A stretch of 64,000 nt of DNA from the human T2T-CHM13v2.0 reference genome, Homo sapiens, in assembly GCF_009914755.1 (NCBI RefSeq), contig NC_060932.1; one strand, given 5' to 3'. The position numbers were made by a program, and so were the translations under genes. The notes beneath the pieces were generated by a model. The model saw only the letters and a program-made list of their open reading frames with translations. It was not told the origin of the DNA and searched no databases. This document shows, piece after piece, positions 31,041-45,288 of the stretch. Numbering within the stretch: the stretch's first letter is position 1; every line of letters starts with the position of its first letter.

Positions 31041-32559
31041 CAAGAAGTAAAACAAACCAATTTCAAAAGGGCAAATTGATGATGGATCTAAAGCCACAGC
31101 CAGCAATGTGAATGGAAGATGCACTCACAGAATTAAGGAAACACCTTGTTATTTTTTTCTTCACATTTCACACAGCTTTGGCTTACATTAAGTGCTAATT
31201 ATCTACTGTTTGTGTTGCCGCCTATGCATTTTAATAGCTGTTCACTGATCTGGTCTGACCTTCTGCTTAGCAATTTTGAATAGTCAGCAGGAGGCATTAA
31301 ATTGCATCAAGACACAATGCATTATGTAATGTTGTAAAAACTAAGATAAAATAATGTTATAGCTTGCAAAGCAGGAAAATGTAAATTAGACCCCTTGAAC
31401 GTAAGGCATCCCTTTAATTGGAACAGAAATATCACACAATTCAAGTGCAATGGTCTTGGGGGACAAAAGACTAAGAACATCTTGCTTTTTCCTGTTCCCA
31501 GGATTCTGAGCTAAAATTCCTTTAATCTTTTTTTTACTTTTGAATTTCAATTCTGAGCAGAGCTAGCACACAACTTGGCAAATTGGTGTTAGAAAGACTG
31601 TTGCCAAGGTTATTTCCCAAGCAGGTAGGGTAGAATTGTTTGAGGAATAAACTAAGGTCAAGCCAGGATTTGAAAGCAAATCTATTTTCAGAAACTTTAT
31701 TGTCAACTGTCATGTCAGATGACCTACCTAAAAGTGCTTTGTGTGGAACGAGCCTTTGGAACCAGCTATTCTAACTCCTTCTGAGGTTATATCAAAGTTT
31801 CACAAATCTGATTTTGGGTGTAATTGCAACTATAGAAGTTGTATGAAATCTGCCATCCCTAATCAAATCAAAAATAAAATAGAAATAGTGTCAACAATAT
31901 AATCAAATTTCTGTTGAAATATTTCTGTAGGTACAAGTCAAGAAATGAAATGTAGTGTGATATCATGGAAAGCTCCCTGGATCTGAGTTCAAAGACTTTA
32001 TAAATTATGTAATCATCAGTAAGTCATGCAATCTCATACATAATTTTTTCTAATCTGAAAAATATAACACCTGTCAAGCCAAACTCATGTTGGATGAACC
32101 AAATAAGATGGGGAATATGGAAATGGTCTGTAAATCTTAAATCATCCTGCAAATATTTTACTACTATTACACAAGCCAAATAAAGAAGATGCTCAAAGTT
32201 TCTGCTCACTAAAGTTATCGGATATTATATTTAACTAATGGCAACTCTCTTCCCAATTACATAAGGCAGCTCATTTCACCAGGTTTAATTGCACCATTCC
32301 ATTAATCTTCATCTGTAAAATTTGTAACTCCATGGAGATCCACTTTATAGAAGTGTGGCTAGGAAAAATGAATAGTGAGGCAAATGACACAGAGCACGGG
32401 ACCAAGCATTGGGTTTTTATTTTCTTCTGTGGGACCACAAGTTAGAACAGATGATTGTTCACGACTTATCTATTCCAAAGTTTAACATAAAGAGTGCATG
32501 GAGGGAAGAGTCCTGCTGAGTATCCAGCCCAGAACATATGCTTTTGAGTTTTCTATGAT

Positions 32560-32765
32560 AATATTGAGGGGCTGGCTCCAACCCAACTCTCACTAGGTCC
32601 TCCAGCATGAATTCATTTTCAAGTTGGGTCCACCAGCATATGCGGTTGCAGACTATGGAAACAAAACAAAGTTCTTCCTTGTGTAAAGTGAACTGAATCA
32701 TGAATCATATGGGGTCTGAATCTGTGACCTTGGCCTCATTTGCTGTGTTCTAACTAGGTGAGGGA
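32560..32765 (-). mobile_element. Ancient tRNA-Ile-headed SINE (MamSINE1-like)
   Basis: Reverse complement of ~32707-32762 reads CTCACCTAGTTAGAACACAGCAAATGAGGCCAAGGTCACAGATTCAGACCCCATATG, alignable to tRNA-Ile(AAT) CTCAGTTGGTTAGAGC..GCTAAT..GCCAAGGTCGCGGGTTCGATCCCCGTACG. Confidence 0.55.
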
Positions 32766-34249
32766 ACAGGCCCAGATGGTGACAAGACGTAGAGTACTTT
32801 GGAGAAGTCCTTCTGTACTTATCATAGATCAGTGATGACTTCTGTAAACTGAATCTTTTGATGGCATGTGCCATTTCACCCCTAGGTACTTAGTGCATGG
32901 TTCTGCGGAAGCAATAAGAGGGAGACAGATGGTCAAGCTGGAGGGAATCAAAAAGAGAACAAACATAAAGGGAAGAAAAAAATGCTTAAAGGAAAAGATT
33001 GGGATTCTGGACAATGCCCAGAAATATGAAATATAAGAGAAAGCTTATAAATCTCAATGCCTGAGAAACTTAAGCATAGACCTTAGCTGCTGCAGTACAA
33101 AGCTTAGCAATCAAAATGAAATATCCCCCAATTCAACAAAGCACATTATCATCAAAACAAAATATACTACACAATTGGATTGGTAAATATTAATGAAAGG
33201 ACTCCAACTATGAAATACATGAAGGTGGAAGAAAATGATACTGAACCTATGAACACTTGAGAAGAATTCCAAAGTTAGAGGAATCAAGGGCAAAACTACT
33301 GGCTGGGGATATTTCTAGCAGGAGAACAGAGCTCTTTCAACCCTTGTTACTAAGGAAACTGTAGATCCAGTCTAAAAATAGCTCCTTACTATTAGCCCCA
33401 ACAGAAATGAGGTTCTGTATCAACACTGCAGTTCTGCACGCTGCTGAAAGAAATTTAATTCTAACCATTTGTTTCTCTTTCTTTTTTGGGGAAAGCAAGA
33501 AAGAAAAAACACCACAGGAAAGAAAATGAAAGAAAAAGTTGATAGCTCACAGCATAGCTCAAGAACTGCAGTGCTTCTATTTTAGAGGAGTTGTTCCTTA
33601 AACTCCTGCTGCTATGGAAATAATGTGTAGTTGCTCCCAGTGTTCAACTAGGTAGGTGGTCAGTTCTGATACTTTGGGGTTGGCATCTAATGCCTGCCTT
33701 CTATGGGTCTATGAAGAAAGGATTAATACAGTAATCTAGTATCTTTTCTTTTATAGGAAGGCCTAATTTCCTCACAAGGGTTCTTTCACCCAAAACATTC
33801 ACATATAATATAAATTATTTTAAAAATTTGTCAATATTCTTATTGCCTTACTCTCTCTATTGTAAACTCCTTCTCCCACACATCAGCATTTTTGCCTCAT
33901 TTCCCTATCTGTTTCTGTTCTCTTTTGAACTTGTTTTTACTAAATAAATAAGTAATTTGAGAACATCAGTTTATTTCAATAGAGGTAAATATCAGTATGG
34001 GAAAAAATGAAAGTAATACAACTTTCCATTCCAGCAGGTAGTTTCATCAAAATTGCTGCATTTAGAACCTCCAAGTCTAATTTTGGTAAATGTATGGATA
34101 AGGGAAAGCTGATTTCGATATCTTCCCCCTCTCTTCCTGTGGAACTCTCCTACAAAGGAATTTTTTTGACAATGCCTTGAAACCCATAGGACCAGCTCAC
34201 CCGAGCATATATAGGGTGCCATGCCCTGTGTTCTTCTTTTCCTCTCTCA

Positions 34250-35105
34250 GATAAAAATTGAATTGTTTCCTCAAATTAATCTATAAATTTAATGCAAGCC
34301 AAGGCCCATAAGAATTGATAAACAGATTATAAAACTCAGCTGGAGGAGTGAATATGTAAGGATAGCCAACAAAATTTTAAAAGAAGACTAATGACACACA
34401 AGAAAATCAAAGGGACACAGAAGAGAAGTCATATGTAACTATATATTTACATACATGTATGTATACAAATTTAAAATGTGATAAAGTGACTTTTAAAGCA
34501 GTGAAAAAAGTTATTGAACAACGGGCTATTCATCTATCAAAATAAGAGATTCCCTACCACACACTTTATACAAAATTAAACTGAAATTAAATGATTGAAT
34601 AATCAAGTTCTAAAAATAAAAATTTGGAAAAATACTATAATAAAATATAGGAGACTAACTTTATAAACTTCAGGTGGGGTGGTAAAGAAGAAACCTATGC
34701 AAGCCATAAATCCAGAATTCTCAAAAGAAAATATGACCAGCTGTGTGAATTTAAAAATCATCAACATAGCAAAAGATACTTGAAATCAATAGTAAGCTAC
34801 AGCCTGAGATAAAATGGTAAAGAGCTATAACAAATAATATGCTAATGTCCATTATATAAAACCTAAAAACTAATAGGAGAAAATAACTTAGTAGAAAAAA
34901 TAGCCAAAGGACATGAACCAACAATTTATAGAAGTAGAAATTCAATAGTTGATAAACATATGAAAGGATATTCAGTCTCACTACAGTCCAGAAAAATGAA
35001 AAGTAAAATAAAGATTTCATGTTTTAGCTATTACAATGACAAAAATTAAAGATTGATAATATCTAGCATTGCTGAGATTATGGAGAAATGGGATTTCTCA
35101 TATGT
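34250..35105 (+). mobile_element. Old L1M ORF2 fragment
   Basis: AAATTAATCTATAAATTTAATGCAA, GCCAAAGGACATGAAC, CTAGCATTGCTGAGATTATGGAGAAATGG. Confidence 0.7.
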
Positions 35106-35144
35106 TCCATGTATCCTGGTTAAACTCATCTTTCTGTATACTCA

Positions 35145-37495
35145 CAGGCCTCAAAATAATCATCTTAAGTAATCTCAATGAGATGCAAGCAAACACAGAG
35201 AGACAACTAAGTGAAATTTTAAAAAACAATGGATGATAAAACTTAGAAGTCTACTGAGGAAACAAAAACCATTAAAAAGAACCAAACCGAAACCCTAGAC
35301 CTGGAAAATTCAATGACAGGACTGGAAAATTTAATTGAGAGTTGAAATATCAGACTCAATCATGCAGAAGAAAGAAGTTGAAATCTGAAAAACAAGTCAT
35401 TTCTAATCGGTCAATTAGAAGAACCAAAAGAAATCATATTTTTTAAATAATGAAGAAAGTTTAAGAAACTTATGGAACACCATTAAGCTCATGAATATAT
35501 GAATAATGGAGGCCCCAGAAGGAGAAGAGAGAAGAGATCAGAAGGTTTATTTAAAGAAATACTGGTCGTCCTTCAAAAATGAGAGCTAAAGACATTCCTA
35601 GACAAACAAAAGTCAAAGAGTTCATCACCATAAAACCTGTCTTACAGGAAATATTGAAGGGAGTCCCTCAGGTTGCAACAAAAGGATGCCAGGTAACTAC
35701 AGAAAAACATAAGAAAGTATAAAATTCACTAGTTAAAAAAAAGTGAAATTCAGAATAATACTTTAATACTGCAATGGTGTGAAAATCACATTTAACTCTA
35801 GTATAAAACATAAAATACAAAATTATTAAAAATAACTACAGCTAAAATAGTTTGTTAATGGATACGCAGTATAAAAAGAGGTAAAGTGTGAACTTATTAG
35901 TATAAAATGTGGAGATAAATAAAAGTGTTAGTTTTTGGATGAGTTCAAATAGTTTTAGCTTAAATTAGAATCATATAAGATATTTTATGTAAATCCATGG
36001 TAACCACAAGCAGAAAAAACTTTTAGTAGATACACAAAAGATAAAGAGAAAGAATTCAAAGAATACCACTATAAAAATTAAATAAATCACAAAGGAAGAC
36101 AGCAAGAGAGGAATAAGGAAACAAACTACAAAATAAAACAATAAAATAACAATAGTAAGCCCTTACCGATCAATAATTACTTTAATATAAATGGACTAAA
36201 ATCTCCAATTAAAAGAAATAAAGTGGCTGAATAAATTTTTTTAAAAACAAAGATTCAACAATATGCTGCCTACAAGAGATTCAGATTAACCAAAAAAGGA
36301 CACACACAGAATGAATGTGAAAGGAGAAAAAAGGTAACCACAAGAGAGCAGGAGTGGCTATACTCACATCAGACAAATAGACATTGAGTCAAATTCTGTC
36401 ACGAGAGATAAAGAAGATCACTATATAATGATAAAGAAGTCAATTCATCAACAGGTTATAAGAATTATAAATATATATGCCCCCAAAATTGAAGCACCAA
36501 AATATATAAGGCAAATATTAACAGAATGAAAGGGAGAAATAGACAATGATACAATAATACCAGAGAACTTCAATATCCCTCTTTCAACAATGGACTGTCC
36601 AGATACAACATCCATGAGGAAATAGTGGAGTGTAATAACACTATAAACCAAATGGACCAAACATTTTGTACATGTTTTCCACGTACAAACCATTCTATCT
36701 GATTGCAATGTAGTATACTTTATTCTGAAGCACACGTGGAACACTCTCCAACAGTGATCATATGTTCGGCCACGAAATAAGTCTTAACAAATTTAGAAAA
36801 GTTGAAATCATCTCAACCTTCCTAGGCATAGTAGTATAACAGTAGAAATCAACAACAGGAGGGATTTTCAAAAATTCACAAATATGTGGAAATTAAACAT
36901 CAAACTCCTGAGCAACCAATGTGTCAAAGAAGAAATCAAGAGAAATCAAAATATACATTGACACAAATGAAAAATTGAAACACAGCAAAGCAAAACATGA
37001 GATGCTGCAAGACCTGTGCTAAGAGGGAAATTTGTAGTGATAAATGACTAAGAAAAAAAAGAGAACTCTTAAATGAGCAATGTAACTTCACATCTCAAGG
37101 AACTGGAAAAAGAAAAACAAACTAAGCATAAAGGCAACAGAGGAAAGGAACCAATGAAGACTAGAAGAGAAATAAATTAAGTAGAGATGAGGAAAGCAAC
37201 TGAAATGACAAGCAAAACTAAGAACTGAGCTTGTGAAAAGACATAAACTTGACAAGCATTTAGCTAGATTCACCAAGGAAAAAAAAAAGAGAGCTGAAGA
37301 AAAATTATAAATGAGAATGGACACAATGTAACTGATACCTCGGAAATCATAAAAGACTACTATGAAAAATTATATGCCAATAAATTGGATAACTGAAGTG
37401 GATAAATTCTGAGAGACATACCATCTACTAAGACTGAATCATGAAGAAATAGAAAATCTGAAGAGAACAATGACAATTAATGAGATTGAGTAAGT
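35145..37495 (+). mobile_element. Old L1M ORF1 plus 5' ORF2 (endonuclease region) fragment
   Basis: AATGGACTAAAATCTCCAATTAAAAG, ATATGCTGCCTACAAGAGA, AATATATATGCCCC, ACTACTATGAAAAATTATATGCCAATAAATTGGA. Confidence 0.85.
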
Positions 37496-37497
37496 AT

Positions 37498-38000
37498 AGT
37501 AGTCCCCTCCTCCCCTTTATCCATGGTTTTGCTTTATGCAGTTTCAGTTATCTTGTTCAACGGAGGTACAAAAATAGTAAATGGGAAATTTCAGAAATAA
37601 ACAATTCATAAGTTTTAAATTGCATGATGTTCTGAGTAGCATAACAATCTTATGCTCGTGCTTGTGTTCAGGTAAACCTTATTGGACTTAATGTTGGCTC
37701 CAAAGGGCAAGACTAGTAGTGGGGGCAATTCAAATACGTCAAAGAGAAGCTGTAAAATGCTTCCTTTCAGTGAAAAAGTGAAAGTTCTCAACTTTCATAA
37801 GAAAATAAAAATTATATGCTGAGGTTGTTATGATCTACAGTAAGAATGAATCTTCTATCTATGAAATTGTGAAGAAGGAAAAAGAATTTTATGCTAGCTT
37901 TGCTGTCATGCCTCAAACTACAAAATTTACATGACCATGCATGACAAGTGCTTACTTAAGATAGAAAAGGCATTAAATTTGTGGATGGAAGGCATGAAAA
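37498..38000 (+). mobile_element. Tigger7/MER44-type DNA transposon, left end with transposase N-terminal relic
   Basis: TA + AGTAGTCCCC..TTATCCATGG TIR-like start; CAAAGAGAAGCTGTAAAATGCTTCCTTTCAGTGAAAAAGTGAAAGTTCTC encodes a KRSCKMLPFSEKVKVL HTH-like start; right TIR absent. Confidence 0.8.
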
Positions 38001-38004
38001 GCAA

Positions 38005-38935
38005 TTCAATTCAAAGTAGCCAAAGGATTTGAATGAACATTTTCTTCAAAGAAGATATACAAATGGCCAATAAGCCCATGAAAAAAAAGGTTCAACATCA
38101 TTAGCCATTAAGGAAATGCAAATTAAAACCTCAAGGAGATACCACTTCATACCTATTAGGATGGCTATAATAAAAACAAAAAACAAAAGTAACAGGTATT
38201 TTCAAGGATGGGGAGAAACTGAAACTCATGCGTTGCTAGAGGGTTTGTAAAATGGGGCAGTTACTATGTAAAATAGTTTGTCAGTTTCTCAGAAGGTTAA
38301 ACATAGCACTACTATATGCCCCAGTGATTCCACGCCTATGTATTAGATTGGTGCAAAAATGATTGTGATTTTTGCTATTACTTTCAATGACGAAAACTGC
38401 AATCAATTTTGCATCAACCTAATATTTATCTAGAAGAATTGAAAGACGGGCCTTAATCAGATATTTGTACAACAATGCTAGTAACAGATTTAGAACAACC
38501 AAAAGGTAGGAGTCACCTAAATGCCCATTAACAGATACAAGGACAAACAAAACATGGTCTATACATACAATGGAATATTATCCAGCCATTAAAAAAATTA
38601 AATTTTGATATACCTCCTACAACATGGATGAACCTTGAAAACATAGGTAATAAGCTAGACACAGAATAGTAAGTATTTGTGTAATGTCACTTATATGAGG
38701 TACCCACAGTAGTTAAATAGAGACAAAGTGGGTTACCAATGGCTCAAAGCAGAGAGTTATTATATACTGTGTACAAAGTTTTTGTTGGGACTTATGAAAA
38801 AGTCTCGGGTGCAGATCATCTTGATGGTTACACAACATTGTGAATGTATTTAATGCCACTGAATTGTATATTAATAAATGGCTAAAATGGTAAATATTAT
38901 ATGTTAGATATATTCTATGACAATTTTTAAAAAAG
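38005..38935 (+). mobile_element. Old L1M (L1MB-like) 3' end
   Basis: CAAAGAAGATATACAAATGGCCAATAAG, ACAATGGAATATTATCCAGCC, CACAACATTGTGAATGTATTTAATGCCACTGAA. Confidence 0.88.
38343..38422. mobile_element. MADE1 MITE (Hsmar1-derived, 80 bp palindromic)
   Basis: TTAGATTGGTGCAAAAATGATTG ... CAATCAATTTTGCATCAACCTAA, 80 bp, TA dinucleotides on both sides. Confidence 0.92.
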
Positions 38936-39562
38936 ATTGAAAAGATGATAAATGGTAAAGTAATTATGACAGATGCAATCTGTTGAAGAGGACGATAAAT
39001 TCTTCCAGGCACCATTCTCTTAAAAAACAATAGTGTATTATCTTAACAAGACACGGCTTCGAAAGAATTCTGAGGTCATTTGGGTTACACCTCTATTTTT
39101 TTTAGACTGCCACAAACATAATTGGCTCAGACAATTCATCTCTACCTAGTATTTACAATCCTGGTCCAAGGCAGTTTCATGAAACCAAGACTTTGAGTCT
39201 TAGGCTGTTTGAGAGAGAACACTAAGAACAATAACAAGCATAGTGGTCATCATAATTAAATGTAAGGGATTTAAATATATGACATAATTATGTAATCTTA
39301 AATTTGAAAAATGGACCTTCACAGTCATATTTAGACATTTTGCCAGTGACAAAACTGAGTCACTAACACATTTTCATGATGAATTTAAGATCAAATGAAT
39401 ATTTTTATCAGACCTATGTTTTCTGACTTCTAATTCAGAGACTCCTCTACTTTGCCACACTAAAGCAATTTTTATTTATCCAGATGCATAAATACAACAG
39501 TTTTGAAAGTTAGGTACTGTATGGCCATTTGGCAAAATAAAGTACATTAACATAAAAGTGCT

Positions 39563-39929
<367 letters not shown>

Positions 39930-41105
39930 TTATCCATGAAAGTATATTGGGATCAGAGAATAAAGGTGTCATAGGCAGAAGCACTATTCCAGGAATTCTT
40001 CTGACCACTTTCTGTTCATCTCTGACTCCTACTGCTACTTGCTCTTGGCTTTCCTGATTAATCTATCAATCATCTCCCCATTTGGGCTCTGTAGATTGCT
40101 TTTCTAGCCTCTGTGATTAGCAGCCGAATATTGGCTTACAGCAGCATACCATTCTTCACCTACCCAAACTGGGCAAGAAGATTTTGCTATGCGTTCTGTA
40201 TATCCATAAGCCACATAGACAAGAGGCAACTCATACTTAAGGATTACTTATGCTGCCTGAGACTAATGATTTCCCCCTTCCAGAGCTTGTCAGAGGTTGT
40301 TTAACATGTTGAAAGAGAAACTAACAGCCACCTAGTTTTAAAATGCAATTAACGTTCAAAGTTACTCTATTACTTCAATAATAATGTAATAGCCCAGCCC
40401 TGCCTGTCCACTGGGAACTTATAACTAGTCTTACTATTTCTGACTCTTAGAAGATATTTTCTTTTATTTAACAATTTCATGTCTCCTGACTTTTATTCAT
40501 TGCTTTTAGTTGCACCCCTTAGGGTAAAACAGAATTTACCTGTTCTATTTTCCAACAGTATCTTCAAATATTTTGTAGATTTTACAAGTATCCCTCTACA
40601 TTGGCTATTCTCCATTCTGAGATAAGGGACAATTCAAATTCCTTCGGTAATGTATAACTTTTTTGAATCCGTTAACTCCCTGTCACTCTCTGAAAGAGTC
40701 ATCCAGTTTTACTATGTTCCTCTTCAAGAGTGATGTACAGAAGCGGATACAGCCCTCCCCGTTAATTGTCTGCCACCACGGAGAGGAAGAGGACTGAGAT
40801 TGCCTGTGTTTCAGATATTTCTCCATTCTCCACCTGTGTGATGCTGCCTCCAGCATCTTGCTCCACTTACATCCTCATCCTTCTCCAGGGACTGTGGTGC
40901 TGCTTCTTCCCTAGGAGGTTGCAACTCACCCTCCTGGGGAAGAACTCCTCTTTCCTTCCATGGAAATTGAGAGTTCTAGGTTATGTTCCTCACCTTTCTT
41001 CTTTGTGGAAGAAAAAAGGTAACTCCAATTCTCCCAGTAAACCTAATTGAGAAATATTTGTCAAGCCTCTAGAGTGCAGGGACTAACTTGCAATATATAC
41101 CTATG

Positions 41106-41897
<792 letters not shown>

Positions 41898-42239
41898 TAC
41901 AGCTGATCATTGTCTACCACCAGAAGACAAGCATATCTCATCTCCTAAAGGCCACTGAAAGATCCATTCATTTATGATTGCTAGTTACACTCTAGGACTT
42001 TTCCAAAACTAGAAACTGTCCATAATGCCCATACTAACCCTCATCCACACCTGTCAGTCCTGGCCACCTGTCAGAGCTATCTGTGGGTCTTCTGAAAACT
42101 AAAGATGGCTCCTACCCCAAAGATGATTCAATAGGTCTTTATTGCTATTGCTGTCATTGATATAGCTGTTTTTAAGCTCATAGGTGATTTTTAATTCACA
42201 GCCAGAATTCAGAACAATACTCGAGGCTCTGAAGTTTTA

Positions 42240-42400
42240 CTCAGTCATCTATCAGTTATGTGATATGGGCAAGCTGTTTAAGAAGTGTGAGCTTCAGTTT
42301 CTCACCTGTGAAATGAAATAGCAACTCTCCTATAGGGCTTTTTATATATTACCTACAAAACACTTAACACATTATTGACAAAAAATTAATATTTAATTGG
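42240..42400 (+). mobile_element. MIR fragment
   Basis: TGTGATATGGGCAAG..GAGCTTCAGTTTCTCACCTGTGAAATG. Confidence 0.6.
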
Positions 42401-43768
42401 TAGGTACCTCTTGGCAGATTCTACCACGCAAATGTCTACTTACCCTACCTGGTTTACCTTAAACACTTTCTCCACTCAAAGACAGAGTTAAGGGCTCCAA
42501 ACTCAAGGTACTAGTAGTATCTCATACTCTTTCAATTGTAGTATTTTTAATATAATTGGATTATAAAGACCTAGCAAAAAAATATACCTCTGAGAATTTT
42601 AGATAAAATCAGTATTCTGGAAATGTTTAACTCTGACAAATACTTTTAATAACCATTCAAATGTATTTATCTACCTTTACCAAGAACTCTTAGTAAATTA
42701 TGTAAAATAATCATCAAAAAATTATTTCCTAAAATATTACTTAGGGGGCCCAAACCAACAGTTAGAGAATGAAATTCTATTAAAATATAACCTGTAAGGT
42801 CTGTTTGACATTTTAATCTCTTTCGGGTGTTTTTTCCTTTTGTTTCTTTATCAGAGAGACACAAAGAAGAAGAAAAGGCTTCTATATTCTAATTGCAAAT
42901 CCATCACATAAATTATTGGCAGATTCACTTTTGTTGGATGAGCTAATGTAATTTTCCAAACTCTCAACTGAGCTAATGTGATTACACTCCATTCCCATTA
43001 ACCGGGGTCAGCCAGGCCAAGCCCCTGCCCCCTGACTTATCACGAGCTGGAGTCGATAATAGAAGGAATGGCAGCCGCTCAAAAATGAAAGCATCACCGT
43101 CATCAGATAGTACATAGAAAGGCAAAGCTGTGTCAACACCGCTCTCTCTTCATTTACAGAATGCCCAAAAGGAGGTATATAAACATCCCCAAAACAGCCA
43201 ACTTGTAATACAAGGGCTAGAAAAATCTCAAAATTGAACACTCTTTTGTATAGGAAGCTGTGGCCTCGTGAGGAAACACCACTTACTTTAGATTACCCAG
43301 TGAGTTCGGGGCAGGTCCAGATGGTATGACCTTGCCACACACCATGCCATTTCAGATGACCTTCTAGCAAAAATGCAGCTGTGCCCAGTGTGGGGCTCAT
43401 AAAAAAGTGCACCTCCTATGAAATATGCTATAGATCTTAAGGATGCATTTCTTCTATTTCCACCCCCCTCCTCCCAAAAAAGTATAGAGAATTATGAGCA
43501 ACTTCAAATTAAAACTTATTTGCAGTTGTCTTCTGGTAATTAATATGCTTATTTCTCTCTCTCTGAATTACTTATTACTTATTATGCACTATGGAATATT
43601 GTTTCCTCTCATGTCTCTCCTAAACCAAGATGGTCAAACCGGTTTCTTCTTCCTTGATTTCAAGCTGCTGTGAATACGGGAGTTTTGTTCAAATATAATA
43701 GCTACAAAAAAAATGGTTTGCGTTGACAGGCCAAAAGTGTACAATGCTTACCTCCAAGGCTGCACTGA

Positions 43769-44077
<309 letters not shown>

Positions 44078-44373
44078 TAGTTTGTGTGTTTCCCTTACTT
44101 TGTCCCAAAATTGCTCTCAATTTTGTCTTAGATTAGCTAATGTATACCCATAAATCAATTTCATATCTAACTCATGATGAACACTGTTAAAGAAATAAAT
44201 ATAAGATAAATGTATTAACTGTTAAAACTTGAATTTTGAAAAATTGGTAAAAGTAGATCAAAGAATTATATATTCTTGATGAATTTATATCCCATAAAAG
44301 TAACCAAAGCATATTAGACTTAGAGGAAATAATAGCCACTAAAGCAACTTCCCATGGCAGAAAGCCAAGGTGT

Positions 44374-44510
44374 AACATTTGATTGATGACTTAAATGTTA
44401 GTCTTAAAATTCAGACTGAAACATTTGATTGATGAATTAAATGTTAGTCTTAAAATTCAAATTGAAACATTTGATTGATGAATCAAATGTTAGTCTTAAA
44501 ATTTAAATGG
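44374..44510. repeat. 46-bp tandem repeat, 3 copies
   Basis: AACATTTGATTGATGA(C/A)T(T/C)AAATGTTAGTCTTAAAATT.. starting at 44374, 44420 and 44466. Confidence 0.96.
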
Positions 44511-45249
44511 AATAGAATTGATTCTGAGAAAATTAATTTTATGAAATAAAAATGAAAATGGAAAAATTGGAAGTGGCTTGGCTGCTCTTTTTAAAAAATC
44601 AGTCATGGAGTTAAATTGATTTGGTACAATTTGCTCTGGAAATGACTGTCATGGCAAATAATCATCTGTGGCATAATTGTAACTGAAATGTTTTCATTAA
44701 AATGGCTTAGTCTAAATATTCCATACCCCATGAGCAAATGTCAATGATAATAAAGTTTAAGAATTGTCTAAAAGCAACTCCACAGCTTCTATTATGAGGC
44801 AGATAATATTATCTTCAATTAAAAGGATATTCAAGTATTTTGGTACCAAAAACATGCTATGCTCCAGAAACTGGTACCAGCCTTAGTTATGAATGAAAGA
44901 TTTAAGCAGTGATTAAGGTACACAGGCAGGTCTGTGGATTGCAGAACACGACTTAGCCTCAGGAATCTTATATGGCCCTTATAAAGCAAAACTTATTAAT
45001 CCCTTAAACTGTCATTAATATATAAAGTAACTAAGCTGGTGTCTTTGCATTCCAACTGACTTTTCACTGAGTTATTGAGAAGGTATCATCCTAAGTCCTT
45101 GATCAAAACAACACAACCAGAGGAACCCACAGCTGAAAGGAAATATATAGGGGAGAGTTTATTGCTGTCTCTCATCAGCTGAGGCTGCCATAGAAAATGA
45201 CTTAGATTGACAGTTTATTCATATGGTGAGTGTGTGAGTGTATGTAAAT

Positions 45250-45251
<2 letters not shown>

Positions 45252-45284
<33 letters not shown>
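45252..45284. repeat. (GT)n microsatellite
   Basis: Uninterrupted GT run. Confidence 0.97.

Positions 45285-45288
<4 letters not shown>

Noticed and set aside
32700-32765. tRNA gene
   Set aside because: Too degenerate to form a cloverleaf and the B-box is mutated; treated as a SINE head.
40768-40790. CTGCCACCACGGAGAGG, resembling a REST/NRSE site
   Set aside because: The left half lacks the CAGCACC core and the right flank diverges; too weak without binding data.
44374-44510. Palindromic repeats at regular spacing, superficially CRISPR-like
   Set aside because: The intervening sequences are also repeated (no unique spacers), there are no cas genes and the context is primate DNA; it is a tandem repeat.
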